Shown: positions 23,353 to 33,960 of the stretch, in pieces
Position numbering within the stretch: position 1 is the first letter of the stretch
Layout: the number at the start of each line of letters is the position of its first letter
Assembly (NCBI GenBank): GCA_965261005.1
Contig: OZ253375.1
Span: 1 to 64,000 of the forward strand
DNA: 64,000 bases
Source of the DNA: Deinococcus sp.
Lineage (GTDB): Bacteria; Deinococcota; Deinococci; Deinococcales; Deinococcaceae
Direction: 5' to 3'
Position numbers and translations under genes: made by a program
The notes under the pieces: model-generated
The model's input: the letters and a program-made list of their open reading frames with translations, nothing else
Database searches by the model: none
Told to the model about the DNA's origin: nothing

Positions 23353-23520
23353 TCAATCACGCCGTTCCCCGTCCTCTCCCAACCAGCTCACGGCCATCAC
23401 GTCGTCCGCCGCCGCGCCGCCGGCATGGTCTAGGGCGGCGTTGTCTCGGGTTGGGCCGGTGGGTTTGGCCGGCTCGCCTGTGCGGACGCGCCGGCGCAGC
23501 GCGGAGATGATGGTGAGCAT
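23353..23520 (-). CDS. Possible 55-aa small protein upstream of the ECF sigma
   Basis: Open frame MLTIISALRRRVR...VMAVSWLGEDGERRD fills a 400-bp gap with host-like codons. No recognised family. Confidence 0.35.
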   Translation of the reverse strand: MLTIISALRRRVRTGEPAKPTGPTRDNAALDHAGGAAADDVMAVSWLGEDGERRD

Positions 23521-23662
23521 GATGTTAACCACGGGAACCTCGTCGGCGGGAGCTGCCCGCGCCGTTCAGCTATACGCGCGGCGCCCCTTCCCGGATGTGA
23601 CCGGCCTAGGTATGGCCCTTATGGGTGTGGCCGGTGAGGCGCCGAGCCGCTATTATCTCGGC

Positions 23663-24415
23663 ATGGCCCACGTGCTTGGAATTGACATCGGTGGCAGCGG
23701 CGTGAAGGGCGCGCCGGTGGATTTGGACAGCGGCGCCCTGCTCGCCGAGCGCTACCGCCTGCCCACGCCCCAGCCGTCCACCCCAAAGGCGGTGGCGGGA
23801 ACGGTGGCCGAGCTGTGCGCCCACTTCGAGTGGCGGGGCGAGGTCGGCTGCGCGTTTCCGGCGGTGGTGCGCGGCGGCGTGGCGAGAAGCGCGGCCAACG
23901 TGGACAAGGGCTGGATTGGCACCAACATCGAGGAGGTGGTCGGCGAGGCGACCGGCCTGACGGTGCACGCCCTCAACGACGCCGACGCCGCCGGCTTGGC
24001 CGAGGCGCGCTTCGGGGCGGGGCGCGGCGTGGAGGGCGTGGTGATGCTGCTCACGCTGGGCACCGGCATCGGCAGCGCCCTGATTCACAGCGGGACGCTG
24101 CTGCCCAACACCGAACTCGGCCACATGGAGTTCAGGAACCAGGAACTCGAACACTTCGCCTCGGACAAGGTGCGCGCGGACGAGGACCTCAGCTGGAAAA
24201 AATGGGCCGACCGTTTGGAGGGCAGCCTGAAGTATCTGGAAAAGCTGTTTTCGCCGGACCTGTTCATTCTGGGCGGCGGCGTCAGCAAGAAGAGCGACAA
24301 GTTCTTGCCGCTGATCGAGCTGAGTACGCCCATCAAGCCGGCCGAACTGCGCAACTCGGCCGGCATGGTGGGCGCGGCGCTGTACGCCGGTCAATTGCTC
24401 AGGCCCGCGCCCTGA
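23663..24415 (+). CDS. ppgK: Polyphosphate/ATP glucokinase (ROK family)
   Basis: [41 protein letters not shown]. Leaderless TATTAT-N6-ATG. Confidence 0.92.
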   Translation: MAHVLGIDIGGSGVKGAPVDLDSGALLAERYRLPTPQPSTPKAVAGTVAELCAHFEWRGEVGCAFPAVVRGGVARSAANVDKGWIGTNIEEVVGEATGLTVHALNDADAAGLAEARFGAGRGVEGVVMLLTLGTGIGSALIHSGTLLPNTELGHMEFRNQELEHFASDKVRADEDLSWKKWADRLEGSLKYLEKLFSPDLFILGGGVSKKSDKFLPLIELSTPIKPAELRNSAGMVGAALYAGQLLRPAP

Positions 24416-24418
24416 ACG

Positions 24419-24928
24419 TCAGTTGGGCGTCTCGCTCCAAGCGTTGCTCAGCAGATCGCGCACGCCCGCCGCGCCCCCGTCCGCGATCTCGCCGACCTCT
24501 TGTTCCAGCAGCTTGAGGGCGCGCCGGTAGGCTTGGCGGTCGAGGTCGGGCAGGCCGCGCTGCACGTTCCAGCGCCGAAATTCGGCGGCCAAGTCGGCCA
24601 GTTCAAAGGGGTCGCCGCTCACCAGAATTTCGGTGACGCGGCGGTGGCGCGCGGCCCATTGGCGCGGCAGGTTCAGGCGGCCCGCGCGCAAACGCTCCAG
24701 CAGGGCGGGCATGTCGGCCCCGGTCAGGGCGTGGCGCATGCCGCCGCCCTCGGGGGCGTCCACCGGGACGTAGGCGCGCGAGGTGGAGTTGGGAAACTCG
24801 ACTTGGTAATAGGCACAGGAGGTGTCGGCGACGCGGCGCTTGAAAATCCCGCACACCACGCCCACCCCGTACGGCGGCAAGACCACGCGGTCACCGGTGT
24901 TGTACGCGCTGCTGTCCATGCTGTTCAC
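24419..24928 (-). CDS. carD: CarD/CdnL family RNA polymerase-binding regulator
   Basis: GDRVVLPPYGVG, YVPV, LPRQWAARHR with the conserved Trp. Confidence 0.9.
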   Translation of the reverse strand: MNSMDSSAYNTGDRVVLPPYGVGVVCGIFKRRVADTSCAYYQVEFPNSTSRAYVPVDAPEGGGMRHALTGADMPALLERLRAGRLNLPRQWAARHRRVTEILVSGDPFELADLAAEFRRWNVQRGLPDLDRQAYRRALKLLEQEVGEIADGGAAGVRDLLSNAWSETPN

Positions 24929-24945
24929 CCTTTCTCGGCGTCACG

Positions 24946-24974
24946 AAAAACGGCTCAGCGTGAGCTGAGCCGTT
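24946..24974 (-). terminator. Terminator hairpin in the carD 5' leader
   Basis: Minus strand AACGGCTCAGC-TCAC-GCTGAGCCG-TTTTT, about 18 nt before the carD start. Confidence 0.75.
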
Positions 24975-25076
24975 CGGTTTCCCCAACTGGATGTTGGCCT
25001 GATGGGCGTGATCTCGAACCAGCGCTCGCTCCCGGTCAGGCGTCATTGGCCGAGTGTAGCACCGCGCCGGAGCGTG

Positions 25077-25376
25077 TCAAGACTTCTGCGGATTGAAGGA
25101 GGGGGCGTCGCTGGCCGGAAAGGACTCCTCCGAGGCCTCGTCCACCATGGCCTGCTTGAAGCTTTCCGGGTCCTTGTTGAGCCACCTCTTGCTCAGCTCA
25201 TCGCCGGAAGCGCGCAGGTGAACGTGGTTGTCCACGCGCTCGATCAAGCTGACCGGCACCCAAAAGTGGTCGCCGTCCACCAGGACCTGAAGGTACTCGT
25301 CGCCGCTTCCCACCACCGTTCCGATGGTCTCGTTCTGCGAATTCTTCACGGGCATCTGCTCGCGCGCCTGCGTCAT
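25077..25376 (-). CDS. Small hypothetical protein (PRC/DUF2171-like plus ESFPASD tail)
   Basis: GGAGGT SD; IGTV...HFWVPVSLIERVDNHVHL; VDEASEESFPASDAPS. Confidence 0.7.
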   Translation of the reverse strand: MTQAREQMPVKNSQNETIGTVVGSGDEYLQVLVDGDHFWVPVSLIERVDNHVHLRASGDELSKRWLNKDPESFKQAMVDEASEESFPASDAPSFNPQKS

Positions 25377-25433
25377 GGTTGACCTCCTGAACACAATCTA
25401 GCGCCCGGCGATGAGCGGGTCAGCCTGAGGTCT

Positions 25434-26147
25434 TTAAGCGCCGCCCTCGGCCAGCGTGGATAGCAGGGCGTCCAAGCTGAGGGCCAGCAGCGCGGCCAAC
25501 AGCGCGCCCTCCAGCACCAAGCCGGTGTTTTGCTGCGACAAGCCGTTGATAATGGGGGCGCCGAGGCCGCTGGCGCCCAGGGCGGCCCCCACCGTCGCCG
25601 TGCCGACGTTGAACACCGTGGAGGTGCGTACCCCCGCCAGCCACACCGGCAGGGCCAGCGGCAACTCCACCCGGAGAAAGCGCTGAGGGCCGGTCATGCC
25701 CATGCCGCGCGCCGCGTCGAGCACCGCGCGGTTCACGCCCAGCAGTCCGGCGACGCCGTTGGACACGATGGGGACCAGGCCGTACAGCGTGAGGCCCAGC
25801 AGGGTGGGCGCCACCCCGAAGCCCAGGGCCGGCACCGCCAGCGCCAAAATGGCCAGCGTGGGCACGGTCTGGCCCAGGCCCGCGAGGCCCTCGGCGAAAC
25901 TCAAAAAGGCGCGGTTTCCGATTCGGGTCGCGTACACCGCCGCCGGCACGCCGATCAGGAGAACCACGGCCTCGGCCAGCAGCACCAAGGCGAGATGGTC
26001 GAAGGTGAGGCGCCACAGCGGGCGCGACGCGTCCGCCGGCTGGAAGCCGATGGCCCTGAGCGTTCCCGGCAGCACGCCGGGCAGCAAGGCCAGCAGCAAC
26101 AGCGCCGGCCAAACCAGCACGCTCCAGCGCAGGCGAAGCGCCCTCAC
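25434..26147 (-). CDS. Osmoprotectant ABC permease (YehW/OpuBB-like)
   Basis: GQTVPTLAIL, DAARGMGM...VELPLALP. Confidence 0.92.
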   Translation of the reverse strand: MRALRLRWSVLVWPALLLLALLPGVLPGTLRAIGFQPADASRPLWRLTFDHLALVLLAEAVVLLIGVPAAVYATRIGNRAFLSFAEGLAGLGQTVPTLAILALAVPALGFGVAPTLLGLTLYGLVPIVSNGVAGLLGVNRAVLDAARGMGMTGPQRFLRVELPLALPVWLAGVRTSTVFNVGTATVGAALGASGLGAPIINGLSQQNTGLVLEGALLAALLALSLDALLSTLAEGGA

Positions 26148-26157
26148 CGCCGGCCCC

Positions 26158-27078
26158 TCACCGTTGGCCCAAGTCGCGCAAGTCCAGGTGGCCGACGGGC
26201 CGGCCGTCCTCGGTCACGCTCAGGCGGGGAACCCCTTCGCGCAGCATGCGCGACAAGGCCGTGCGGGCGTTCAGATCGGCCTCGACCTCGGGGACGTCCC
26301 CCACGACCTCTGGGCGCATCAAGTCGCGCACCTTCAAGCGCGCGAGGCGCCGAATGCGGGCGTCCTCGCCCAGAAAGCGCTCCACGAACTCGCTTGCCGG
26401 GCGAAACACGAGGTCGTCGGGCGTGCCGAACTGCGCCAACTCGCCCGCGTTCATCAGGGCGATGAAGTCGCCCAGCCGCAGCGCCTCGTCGATGTCGTGC
26501 GTGACCATGACAACTGTTTTGGCGATGCGCCGCTGAATGGCCAGAAACTCGTCCTGCAAGCTTTCGCGCGCGATGGGGTCGAGGGCGCCGAAGGGTTCGT
26601 CCATCAAGAGCACCGGCGGGTCGGCCGCGAGGGCGCGCGCCACGCCCACGCGCTGCGCCTGACCGCCCGACAGCTCGCTGGGGCGTTTGTCGCGGTACTG
26701 GGCCGGGGGCAGGCCCACCAAGTCGAGCAATTCGTCCACCCTGCCGCGCGTCTTTTCCCGGTCCCAGCGCAGCAAGTCCGGCACGGTCGCCACGTTCTGC
26801 GCCACGCTGAGGTGCGGAAACAGGCCGATCTGCTGGATGACGTAGCCCATCTCGCGCCGCAACGCCTCGGGTTTTAGGCTCTCGGTATCGCGCCCGTTCA
26901 GCAGCACCTCGCCGCCGGTCGGCTCGCTGAGGCGGTTGATCATGCGCAGCGTGGTGGTCTTGCCGCAGCCCGACGGGCCGAGGAGCGCCGTGATCTTGCC
27001 GTCGGGAAAGGTCAGCGAGAGGTCGCGCACGGCGTAGCTGTCGCCGTAACGCTTTTCCAGATGCTTGAGTTCGATCAC
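26158..27078 (-). CDS. Osmoprotectant ABC ATP-binding protein (YehX-like)
   Basis: GPSGCGKTTTLRMINRL, LSGGQAQRVG, MDEPFGALD. Confidence 0.95.
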   Translation of the reverse strand: MIELKHLEKRYGDSYAVRDLSLTFPDGKITALLGPSGCGKTTTLRMINRLSEPTGGEVLLNGRDTESLKPEALRREMGYVIQQIGLFPHLSVAQNVATVPDLLRWDREKTRGRVDELLDLVGLPPAQYRDKRPSELSGGQAQRVGVARALAADPPVLLMDEPFGALDPIARESLQDEFLAIQRRIAKTVVMVTHDIDEALRLGDFIALMNAGELAQFGTPDDLVFRPASEFVERFLGEDARIRRLARLKVRDLMRPEVVGDVPEVEADLNARTALSRMLREGVPRLSVTEDGRPVGHLDLRDLGQR

Positions 27079-27088
27079 GCGCTCACCC

Positions 27089-28282
27089 TCACGCTTGGAC
27101 GCTGCCCAGGCGCCGCCCCAAGAGATACTCGATCAGGCGCCATAGGCCGTCGGCCACCAGCGCCAGCAGCGAGGCCGGAATGGCGCCCAGCAAAATGAGG
27201 TCGGTGGCCGAGCTGTTGAGGCCCCGGAAGATGTACACGCCCAGGCCCCCCGCGCCGATCAGGGCCGCGACCGCCGTCACGCCGATCAGGAGGACCGTCG
27301 CTTGCCGCACCCCCGCCAGCCACACCGGCAGGGCCAGCGGCAACTCCACCCGGAAAAAGCGCTGGGGGGCGGTCATGCCCATGCCGCGCGCCGCGTCCAG
27401 CGCCGCGCGGTCCACCCCGCTCAAGGCGACCACCCCGTTGCGCAACACCGGCAGCAGGGCGTAAAGGGTCAGCGCGACCAGGGCGGGCGCCACGCCGATG
27501 CCGCTGACGCCGAGTTCGCGCAGGCCAGGAAAGCGGTTCGCGAGGGCCGACAGCGGCGCGATCAAAAGGCCCAGCAGCGCGAGGCTCGGCAAAGTTTGCA
27601 CGCCCCCGGCCACCGCCAGCACGGGGGCGGCCACCCGCGCGCTGCGCGAGGCCCACACCGCGAGGGGCGCCCCGATCAGCAGCGCCAGCCCCAGCGCCGT
27701 GAAGGTGAGGCGCAGGTGTTGCAGCGTTTCTTGCAGCAGCCGCCCCTGCTCCACGCCACCCTCGCGCCACACCGACCAGCCGCTCAGGCCGCCCGCGAAG
27801 GCGAAGATGACGGCGGCGGGCAGCCACGGCCAAGCCAGCCACGCCAGGCCCGGCCGCCTGAGCCGCAGGGCGAAGCTCCCTCCCCACCACGCCACGCCGG
27901 CCCCCAGCAGCCACAGCCACACGCCGGTGCTGGCCGAGGCGCGCGCCACCTCGCTTTGGCCGGCCAACGCCAGCGCCGTTTCGCGCCCCAAGCCCAAAAA
28001 GGCGGCCAGCAGCGCCAGGTTGGCCAGCAAGGTGGCCGCCAGCGGATGCCGCGCGAAGGCGGCCAGCAGCGCGGCCAGCGCGCCCAGCGCCCAGCCCAGC
28101 GTTCCGACGCCCAGGTACGCCCCCGGCGCGAGGCGGTTGGGCCGCAGCTCGGTCCACGGCAGCGCGAGGCTCAGCAGCAGCAGGGCCGCGCCCAGCCACA
28201 CCAAGCGGGCGCTGCCCTCGTCCGGAGTGGGTATTTGGCTTGCCCGAGCTGTTCTTTCCGCCACCCTCGTCAGAACCTTCAC
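27089..28282 (-). CDS. Osmoprotectant ABC permease (YehY-like, long form)
   Basis: RPNRL N-terminal motif, QTLPSLAL, EAA-loop. Exact start uncertain. Confidence 0.88.
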   Translation of the reverse strand: MKVLTRVAERTARASQIPTPDEGSARLVWLGAALLLLSLALPWTELRPNRLAPGAYLGVGTLGWALGALAALLAAFARHPLAATLLANLALLAAFLGLGRETALALAGQSEVARASASTGVWLWLLGAGVAWWGGSFALRLRRPGLAWLAWPWLPAAVIFAFAGGLSGWSVWREGGVEQGRLLQETLQHLRLTFTALGLALLIGAPLAVWASRSARVAAPVLAVAGGVQTLPSLALLGLLIAPLSALANRFPGLRELGVSGIGVAPALVALTLYALLPVLRNGVVALSGVDRAALDAARGMGMTAPQRFFRVELPLALPVWLAGVRQATVLLIGVTAVAALIGAGGLGVYIFRGLNSSATDLILLGAIPASLLALVADGLWRLIEYLLGRRLGSVQA

Positions 28283-28363
28283 CCCCCGCCAAACTCTACG
28301 ATCTTAACCTTTGGGGGTCAAAGAAAGCGGCGGACCTTCGCCCGCCGCCCTTGTCCGCCCCGC

Positions 28364-29266
<903 letters not shown>

Positions 29267-29416
29267 GATTGTCCTCCAGAAACCTTGAGCTGCCGTCAAG
29301 TTAGTCGCTGCAAGCGGGGCTTCTTGTGGTGAAGGGCACACATGAAGGCCAAGGATGGAGATCTGATCAGTTTAAACTTAAAACCTATTCAGTTTAAGCT
29401 CATCAAAAACGAAAGA

Positions 29417-29441
29417 GAAAAGGCGCCCCACTTGGGGCGCC
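29417..29441 (-). terminator. Terminator after hup
   Basis: GGCGCCCCA/TGGGGCGCC stem followed by T-rich sequence on the minus strand. Confidence 0.75.
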
Positions 29442-29462
29442 CCTCAAGCGGTCCTCAGCCGT

Positions 29463-29768
29463 TTACTCGCTGACGCCCAAGCTCGACTTGAGGGTGCTGG
29501 CCGCCTTGAAGCGCACTTTTTTGCCGGCGGGAATGGTGATCTTGTCGCTGGTGCCGGGCCGCACGCCCTGCCGCTCGGCCGTCTCGGCCACGCTGAGGGT
29601 ACCCAGGCTCGGCAGGCCCACGCTCTTGCCGTCTCTCAGGGCGCTCACCACGGCGTCGAGCATGCTGGCCACCGCCTCGCCGGCCTGCTTTTTGGTCAGG
29701 CTGGTGTTGCTGGCGACGTGCTCGATCAAGTCCGTTTTGGCAATTTTCTCGCCACGCTTTTCTGCCAT
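29463..29768 (-). CDS. hup: DNA-binding protein HU (Deinococcus type)
   Basis: KTDLIEHVA...[11 protein letters not shown]...[25 protein letters not shown]. Confidence 0.93.
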   Translation of the reverse strand: MAEKRGEKIAKTDLIEHVASNTSLTKKQAGEAVASMLDAVVSALRDGKSVGLPSLGTLSVAETAERQGVRPGTSDKITIPAGKKVRFKAASTLKSSLGVSE

Positions 29769-29997
29769 GTCTCGTCCTCCGTTGAGCTTGAATTTGAGCG
29801 CTGGGCGGCTCACGTGAGACTGTAACACAAAAGCGTGTACAGGACGTCAAATTCGCGATTCCACGTCAGAATCCGTGAGTGAAATGAGCCGTATGTTGTT
29901 CGTCTTTCCGAGAAAGCGATTCTAAAAACACCGTCCTGGCGCGCGTCGTAGCGGAGCACACTCAAAAAGACCGTCGGGCGCGCTCTTTATAGTGCAC

Positions 29998-30708
29998 TCA
30001 CGCTAAGCGGATGACGCGCGTGCTGCCGGACCAAGCGTCGTAGGTCCACAGCCGACCCCGCAGCGGCTCGCCCACCCCGCCGAGCAGCTTGAGCGCCTCC
30101 ACCGCCATGGCCGAGCCGACCACGCCGACCAGCGGCCCCAAGACGCCCTGGGCGTCGCAGTTGGCGCCTTCAAGTGCGGGACCGGGTTCGGGAAACACGT
30201 CGCGCAGCGTGTACCCCTCGCCGAACACGCTCAGCATGCCCTCAAAGGTGCTGGCGGCGCCCCACACCCAGCTGCGCCCCAGGGCCGCACACACGTCGGA
30301 CACCAGATAGCGCGCGGTGAAGGTGTCGCTGGCGTCCACCACCAAGTCGTGCGCCGCGATCAAGCGGGCGGCGTTCTGCGTGTTCAGGGCCGGCGCCGTG
30401 TGCAGCCGGACGCTGGGGTTGGCGGCCTGAAGCCGGGCCGCCGCCGCCTCGCTTTTGGCGCGGCCCACGTCGGGGGTGGTGTACAGCGGCTGGCGCGGCA
30501 GGTTGGAAAGCGAGACCGTGTCCGAGTCGCACAAGGTCAGCTGGCCCACGCCCGCGCCCGCCAGATAGCCGGCCAGCGGCGCCCCCAGCCCGCCGAGGCC
30601 CACGATGAGCACCCGCGCCGTTGCCAGGGCCTCGCCCATCCCGTCAAAACCGGGCAGCAGCAGTTGGCGCGAGTAGCGCTCCACCTCGTCGCGCGTCAGA
30701 TCGTGCAT
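29998..30708 (-). CDS. HesA/MoeB/ThiF family adenylyltransferase
   Basis: RYSRQL, VGLGGLG, DTVSLSNLPRQ. Lacks clear CxxC pairs. Confidence 0.9.
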   Translation of the reverse strand: MHDLTRDEVERYSRQLLLPGFDGMGEALATARVLIVGLGGLGAPLAGYLAGAGVGQLTLCDSDTVSLSNLPRQPLYTTPDVGRAKSEAAAARLQAANPSVRLHTAPALNTQNAARLIAAHDLVVDASDTFTARYLVSDVCAALGRSWVWGAASTFEGMLSVFGEGYTLRDVFPEPGPALEGANCDAQGVLGPLVGVVGSAMAVEALKLLGGVGEPLRGRLWTYDAWSGSTRVIRLA

Positions 30709-30786
30709 GGGGTCAGCCTATGTGGAGCTGGCGCGTCCCACAAGCCGCAAAGGCCCATTTTCAAGGCGTGCGCCCTAGACTGCCCT

Positions 30787-31341
30787 ATGCCCGTCCTGAT
30801 TCTTGTGCTCGCCTATCTGCTCGGCTCCGTCAGCTTCGGCGTGTTGTACTCGCGCCTGCGCGGCGCGGACATTCGCCTTGAGGACGCTCCCGGCGGCAGC
30901 GGCGTGTACCGGCAGTACGGCGCCGCCGCCGGCGCGCTGATCGTGGCGCTCGACCTGCTCAAAGGGGCGCTGGCCGTGCTGCTGGCCCTGTGGCTGGCGC
31001 CCTTGTGGACCCCGCTGGCGGTGGCCGGCGTGGTGGTGGGCCACAATTACCCGCTCTTCTTCGGCTTCGACGGCGGCGCCGGTCTCGCCCCCCTGATCGG
31101 CGCCCTGCTGGTCGCCGTGCCCATCGCCTTGCTGAGCGCGGTGCTGGCGGGCGCCTTGTTCGGCCTGCTGTACCGCGCTGTCTTGCAGCGGCGCCTCGGC
31201 TTCAACGTGGTGCCGGCGGCGACCGCCGTGGCCTTGCCGGTGGGCCTGATCTGTGCGGCCCGCTTTGGCGGCGCGGCCGACCTGCTCGCGGGCGCCTTGG
31301 CGCTGGCCGTGCGCGCCGCCCATTTGCTGAAAAAGGCTTGA
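30787..31341 (+). CDS. plsY: Glycerol-3-phosphate acyltransferase PlsY family
   Basis: YLLGSV, DLLKG, GHNYPLFFGFDGG. Leaderless TAGACT-N5-ATG. Confidence 0.8.
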   Translation: MPVLILVLAYLLGSVSFGVLYSRLRGADIRLEDAPGGSGVYRQYGAAAGALIVALDLLKGALAVLLALWLAPLWTPLAVAGVVVGHNYPLFFGFDGGAGLAPLIGALLVAVPIALLSAVLAGALFGLLYRAVLQRRLGFNVVPAATAVALPVGLICAARFGGAADLLAGALALAVRAAHLLKKA

Positions 31342-31343
31342 TG

Positions 31344-31391
31344 TTGGGCTATCAGAAGGTTGAGCTGTCAAAAGCTTGGGCTGTCAGAAGC
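31344..31391. repeat. Imperfect 16-bp tandem repeat x3 (intergenic)
   Basis: TTGGGCTATCAGAAGG / TTGAGCTGTCAAAAGC / TTGGGCTGTCAGAAGC. Confidence 0.85.
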
Positions 31392-31421
31392 TTGTCAGGT
31401 GACCGTCCTTATAATGCGCCC

Positions 31422-33143
31422 GTGCGCCACCTTCTTCGCTTCCTTCGCGGCTTGGCCGTCTGCCTGGCCCTGGCGCCCGCCGCCCAAGCCCTCGGCTCCG
31501 CCCAACTGCTGGCGGCCGTGGACCAGCCGGCCGCCTACCTCAACGGCGACGCGGTGACCTTTCAGAACCCGCCCCGCCTGCTTTCCGGGCGCGTGATGCT
31601 GCCGCTGCGCGAAAGCGCCGCCCTGCTGGGCGTTCCGCTGGACGTGCAGGGCGTGAGCGTGCGGCTGGGGCGCGCCGTTCTCGACGTGCGCGCGGGGCAG
31701 GCTTGGCTGGACGGCGCCGCGCAGCCGGGCGGCAGCGTCGCCCTGATCGGAACGCAAACCTACCTGGCCGCCCGCTTGCTGGCGGGCGCGCTGGGGGCCA
31801 ACCTCAGCTTTTCCGACGACAACCGCAGCTTCACGCTGACGGCCCTGCGGCTGGGCGCGGCGGACCCGCTCGCCCCGCAGGCGCGCTTTTCGACCGACAA
31901 GGGCAGTTACGCTCCCGGCGAGCGGGTGGTCTACACCGACTACCCCTTCGATCCCGAGGGGGCCGACATCGCCGTGCGCAAGTGGACCGGGCGCCAAGAC
32001 GCCTTCTTCGCGCCGGGGAACTACACCGTCACGCTTCAGGTGACCAACAGCCGGGGCCTCACCAGCCAGCCCTTTTCGCGCACCATTCACGTCGCGGGCG
32101 TTCCGCTGGACACGCCCAGCAGCTTCGCCGTCAAGTACGCAGCCTTGGGCGACACCTTTTCCGACCCGGACGTGCTGAGCTATCCGGCCCTGACGCCGCA
32201 AGCCTTGCCGGGAGACGGCACGCCGCTGCTGTTCAGCGACTCCCCCGAGGCGCCGGCGCAAAGCGGCGTGCTGTATCAGGACGTGGTCTCGGGCCGGGCG
32301 CGCTTACTCGCCTACCACATCAACGCCATGACCGCGCCCGCCCGCTTGTACGTGCTGGCGCGCAATCTGGACGCCGGCCCGGTGGAAGTGCGCTCGCGCA
32401 GAATGGGCGAGACCGCGCCCACCCGGGTGGAGGGGCTGCTGGGCCAAGTGACCCTGCTCGACTACTTTGCCTCCGCCGGGGGCGGGCAGCTGCTGCTGCA
32501 AAGCGGGCAAAGTGTGGCGCTCTACGTCTCGCCGCTCCTCAAGCCGGGCAGCGGCGTGAACCTGCTTCAGGACGTCGAGACCAGCGGCCGGACGGAACTC
32601 AGCTTCGTGCTGCTCGAAGACGGCCTCTCGCCCGTGGCGCAGGTGCTGGAGCAGCTGCCGGTGCTGGCGCCGGACGGGCGCCACGGGCGCGGCACCTTTC
32701 CGGGGGCGGTGCGGCGGCTGCGGGTGACGCTGGGCCAACTGCCCGCGCGCCTGATGATCGGCGACGGCACCCTCGACCCGGTGCTGCTGGGGACCGACGC
32801 CCTGACCGGCGCGCCGGCGCGCCTCAGCGGCAACTACGGCGTGCTGTACCAAGTGGAGGTGCAGGGGGCCACGGGGGCGGCGGTGGCCCTCTCGCCGCGC
32901 GGCGGCCTGTACCGCGGCGCCATGCAGCTGACCGACGGCGCCCTGGTGCAGGCCCTCAAGCTGCCCAGAAGCGGCGCCCTGAGCCAGCCCGGCCAGCCCG
33001 CGCTGCTGTGGCGCGCGGGCGGGGACCAACTGGACATCGACTTCGTGCCGGCCAGCGGCTCGAATCTGCCGGTCTCCTTTGTGTTTTACCGGGCCGCGCC
33101 GCCGAGGGTGAGCGGCGAGCTGTTCAAGTCCTACCGGCCGTAG
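31422..33143 (+). CDS. Secreted protein with copper-amine-oxidase N-terminal (stalk) domain and PKD-like module
   Basis: Signal peptide, GRVMLPLRE, DPEG...FFAPGNYTVTLQVT, LLFSDSPE. TATAAT-N6-GTG start. Confidence 0.82.
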   Translation: MRHLLRFLRGLAVCLALAPAAQALGSAQLLAAVDQPAAYLNGDAVTFQNPPRLLSGRVMLPLRESAALLGVPLDVQGVSVRLGRAVLDVRAGQAWLDGAAQPGGSVALIGTQTYLAARLLAGALGANLSFSDDNRSFTLTALRLGAADPLAPQARFSTDKGSYAPGERVVYTDYPFDPEGADIAVRKWTGRQDAFFAPGNYTVTLQVTNSRGLTSQPFSRTIHVAGVPLDTPSSFAVKYAALGDTFSDPDVLSYPALTPQALPGDGTPLLFSDSPEAPAQSGVLYQDVVSGRARLLAYHINAMTAPARLYVLARNLDAGPVEVRSRRMGETAPTRVEGLLGQVTLLDYFASAGGGQLLLQSGQSVALYVSPLLKPGSGVNLLQDVETSGRTELSFVLLEDGLSPVAQVLEQLPVLAPDGRHGRGTFPGAVRRLRVTLGQLPARLMIGDGTLDPVLLGTDALTGAPARLSGNYGVLYQVEVQGATGAAVALSPRGGLYRGAMQLTDGALVQALKLPRSGALSQPGQPALLWRAGGDQLDIDFVPASGSNLPVSFVFYRAAPPRVSGELFKSYRP

Positions 33144-33960
33144 TTCGCGCCGCGCGCACCCACCAGCCCGGGTGCGCGGCGGACAAGTCGCGCGCCGCCG
33201 CCTCGGCCTCTTCTGAGGTGGCCGCCAGCGCGAAGCAGGTCGCCCCCGAGCCGCTCATCAGCGGAGCGCGCAGCCCGGCGTCCGCGAGGGCGGCGAGGGT
33301 ACGCGCGATCTCGGGCACCCTCGCCGCCACCGGGGCTTGCAGGGCGTTGAAGGCGGGGAGGTCGCCCTCACCCGGCAAGGCGCTCAGCATCCCCGCCACA
33401 TCGAGCCTCGGCGTCAAGGTCCCGTCCTGGTCCAGCCAAGCGTAGGCGTCCCGCGCGCTGACGGCCACGCCGGGGTTCGCCAGCACCAGGTTCAGGGCGG
33501 GCGCCCGCACGGGGGTCAGCCGCTCGCCCACCCCCCGTGCCAGGGCGGGACCCTCCAGCAGGAAAAAGGGCACGTCGGCGCCGAGAGTGCGCGCGAGGGC
33601 GAACAGGTCCACCCCGGCGGGGTAGAGGTCGCGCAGGGCCAGCAGCGTGCTGGCCGCGTCCGACGAGCCGCCCCCGAGGCCGGCGGCGATGGGCAGCCGC
33701 TTGTACAGCACGATTCTGGCCCCGTCCCACACGCCCGCCGCGTCCAGGTAGGCGCGCGCCGCGCGGTGGACCAAGTTGTCCTCATCTCCGGGCAGGTCCG
33801 CCCCGCGCACGACCAGGGAGAGGCTTCCTGCCCGCTCCACCTCCAGCTCGTCCCCGACGGACAGCGGCAGCATCAGGCTGTGCAGCTCGTGGTAGCCGTC
33901 CGGGCGCCGTCCCAGCACGCTGAGGCCGAGGTTGATCTTGGCGGGGGCGAAGACCTTCAT
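33124..33960 (-). CDS. ispE: 4-diphosphocytidyl-2-C-methyl-D-erythritol kinase
   Basis: APAKINLGL, PIAAGLGGGSSDAA, GADVPF, MSGSG. Confidence 0.95.
   Translation of the reverse strand: MKVFAPAKINLGLSVLGRRPDGYHELHSLMLPLSVGDELEVERAGSLSLVVRGADLPGDEDNLVHRAARAYLDAAGVWDGARIVLYKRLPIAAGLGGGSSDAASTLLALRDLYPAGVDLFALARTLGADVPFFLLEGPALARGVGERLTPVRAPALNLVLANPGVAVSARDAYAWLDQDGTLTPRLDVAGMLSALPGEGDLPAFNALQAPVAARVPEIARTLAALADAGLRAPLMSGSGATCFALAATSEEAEAAARDLSAAHPGWWVRAARTTAGRT

Noticed and set aside
24975..25046. CCGGGAGCGA segment in the carD leader resembling ZTP or ykkC riboswitch fragments
   Set aside because: The other conserved elements and their order do not match, and the gene context does not fit.
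31344..31391. Short tandem repeats as a possible CRISPR array (also 37122-37194)
   Set aside because: Units of 15-16 bp with no spacers and no cas genes in the window.
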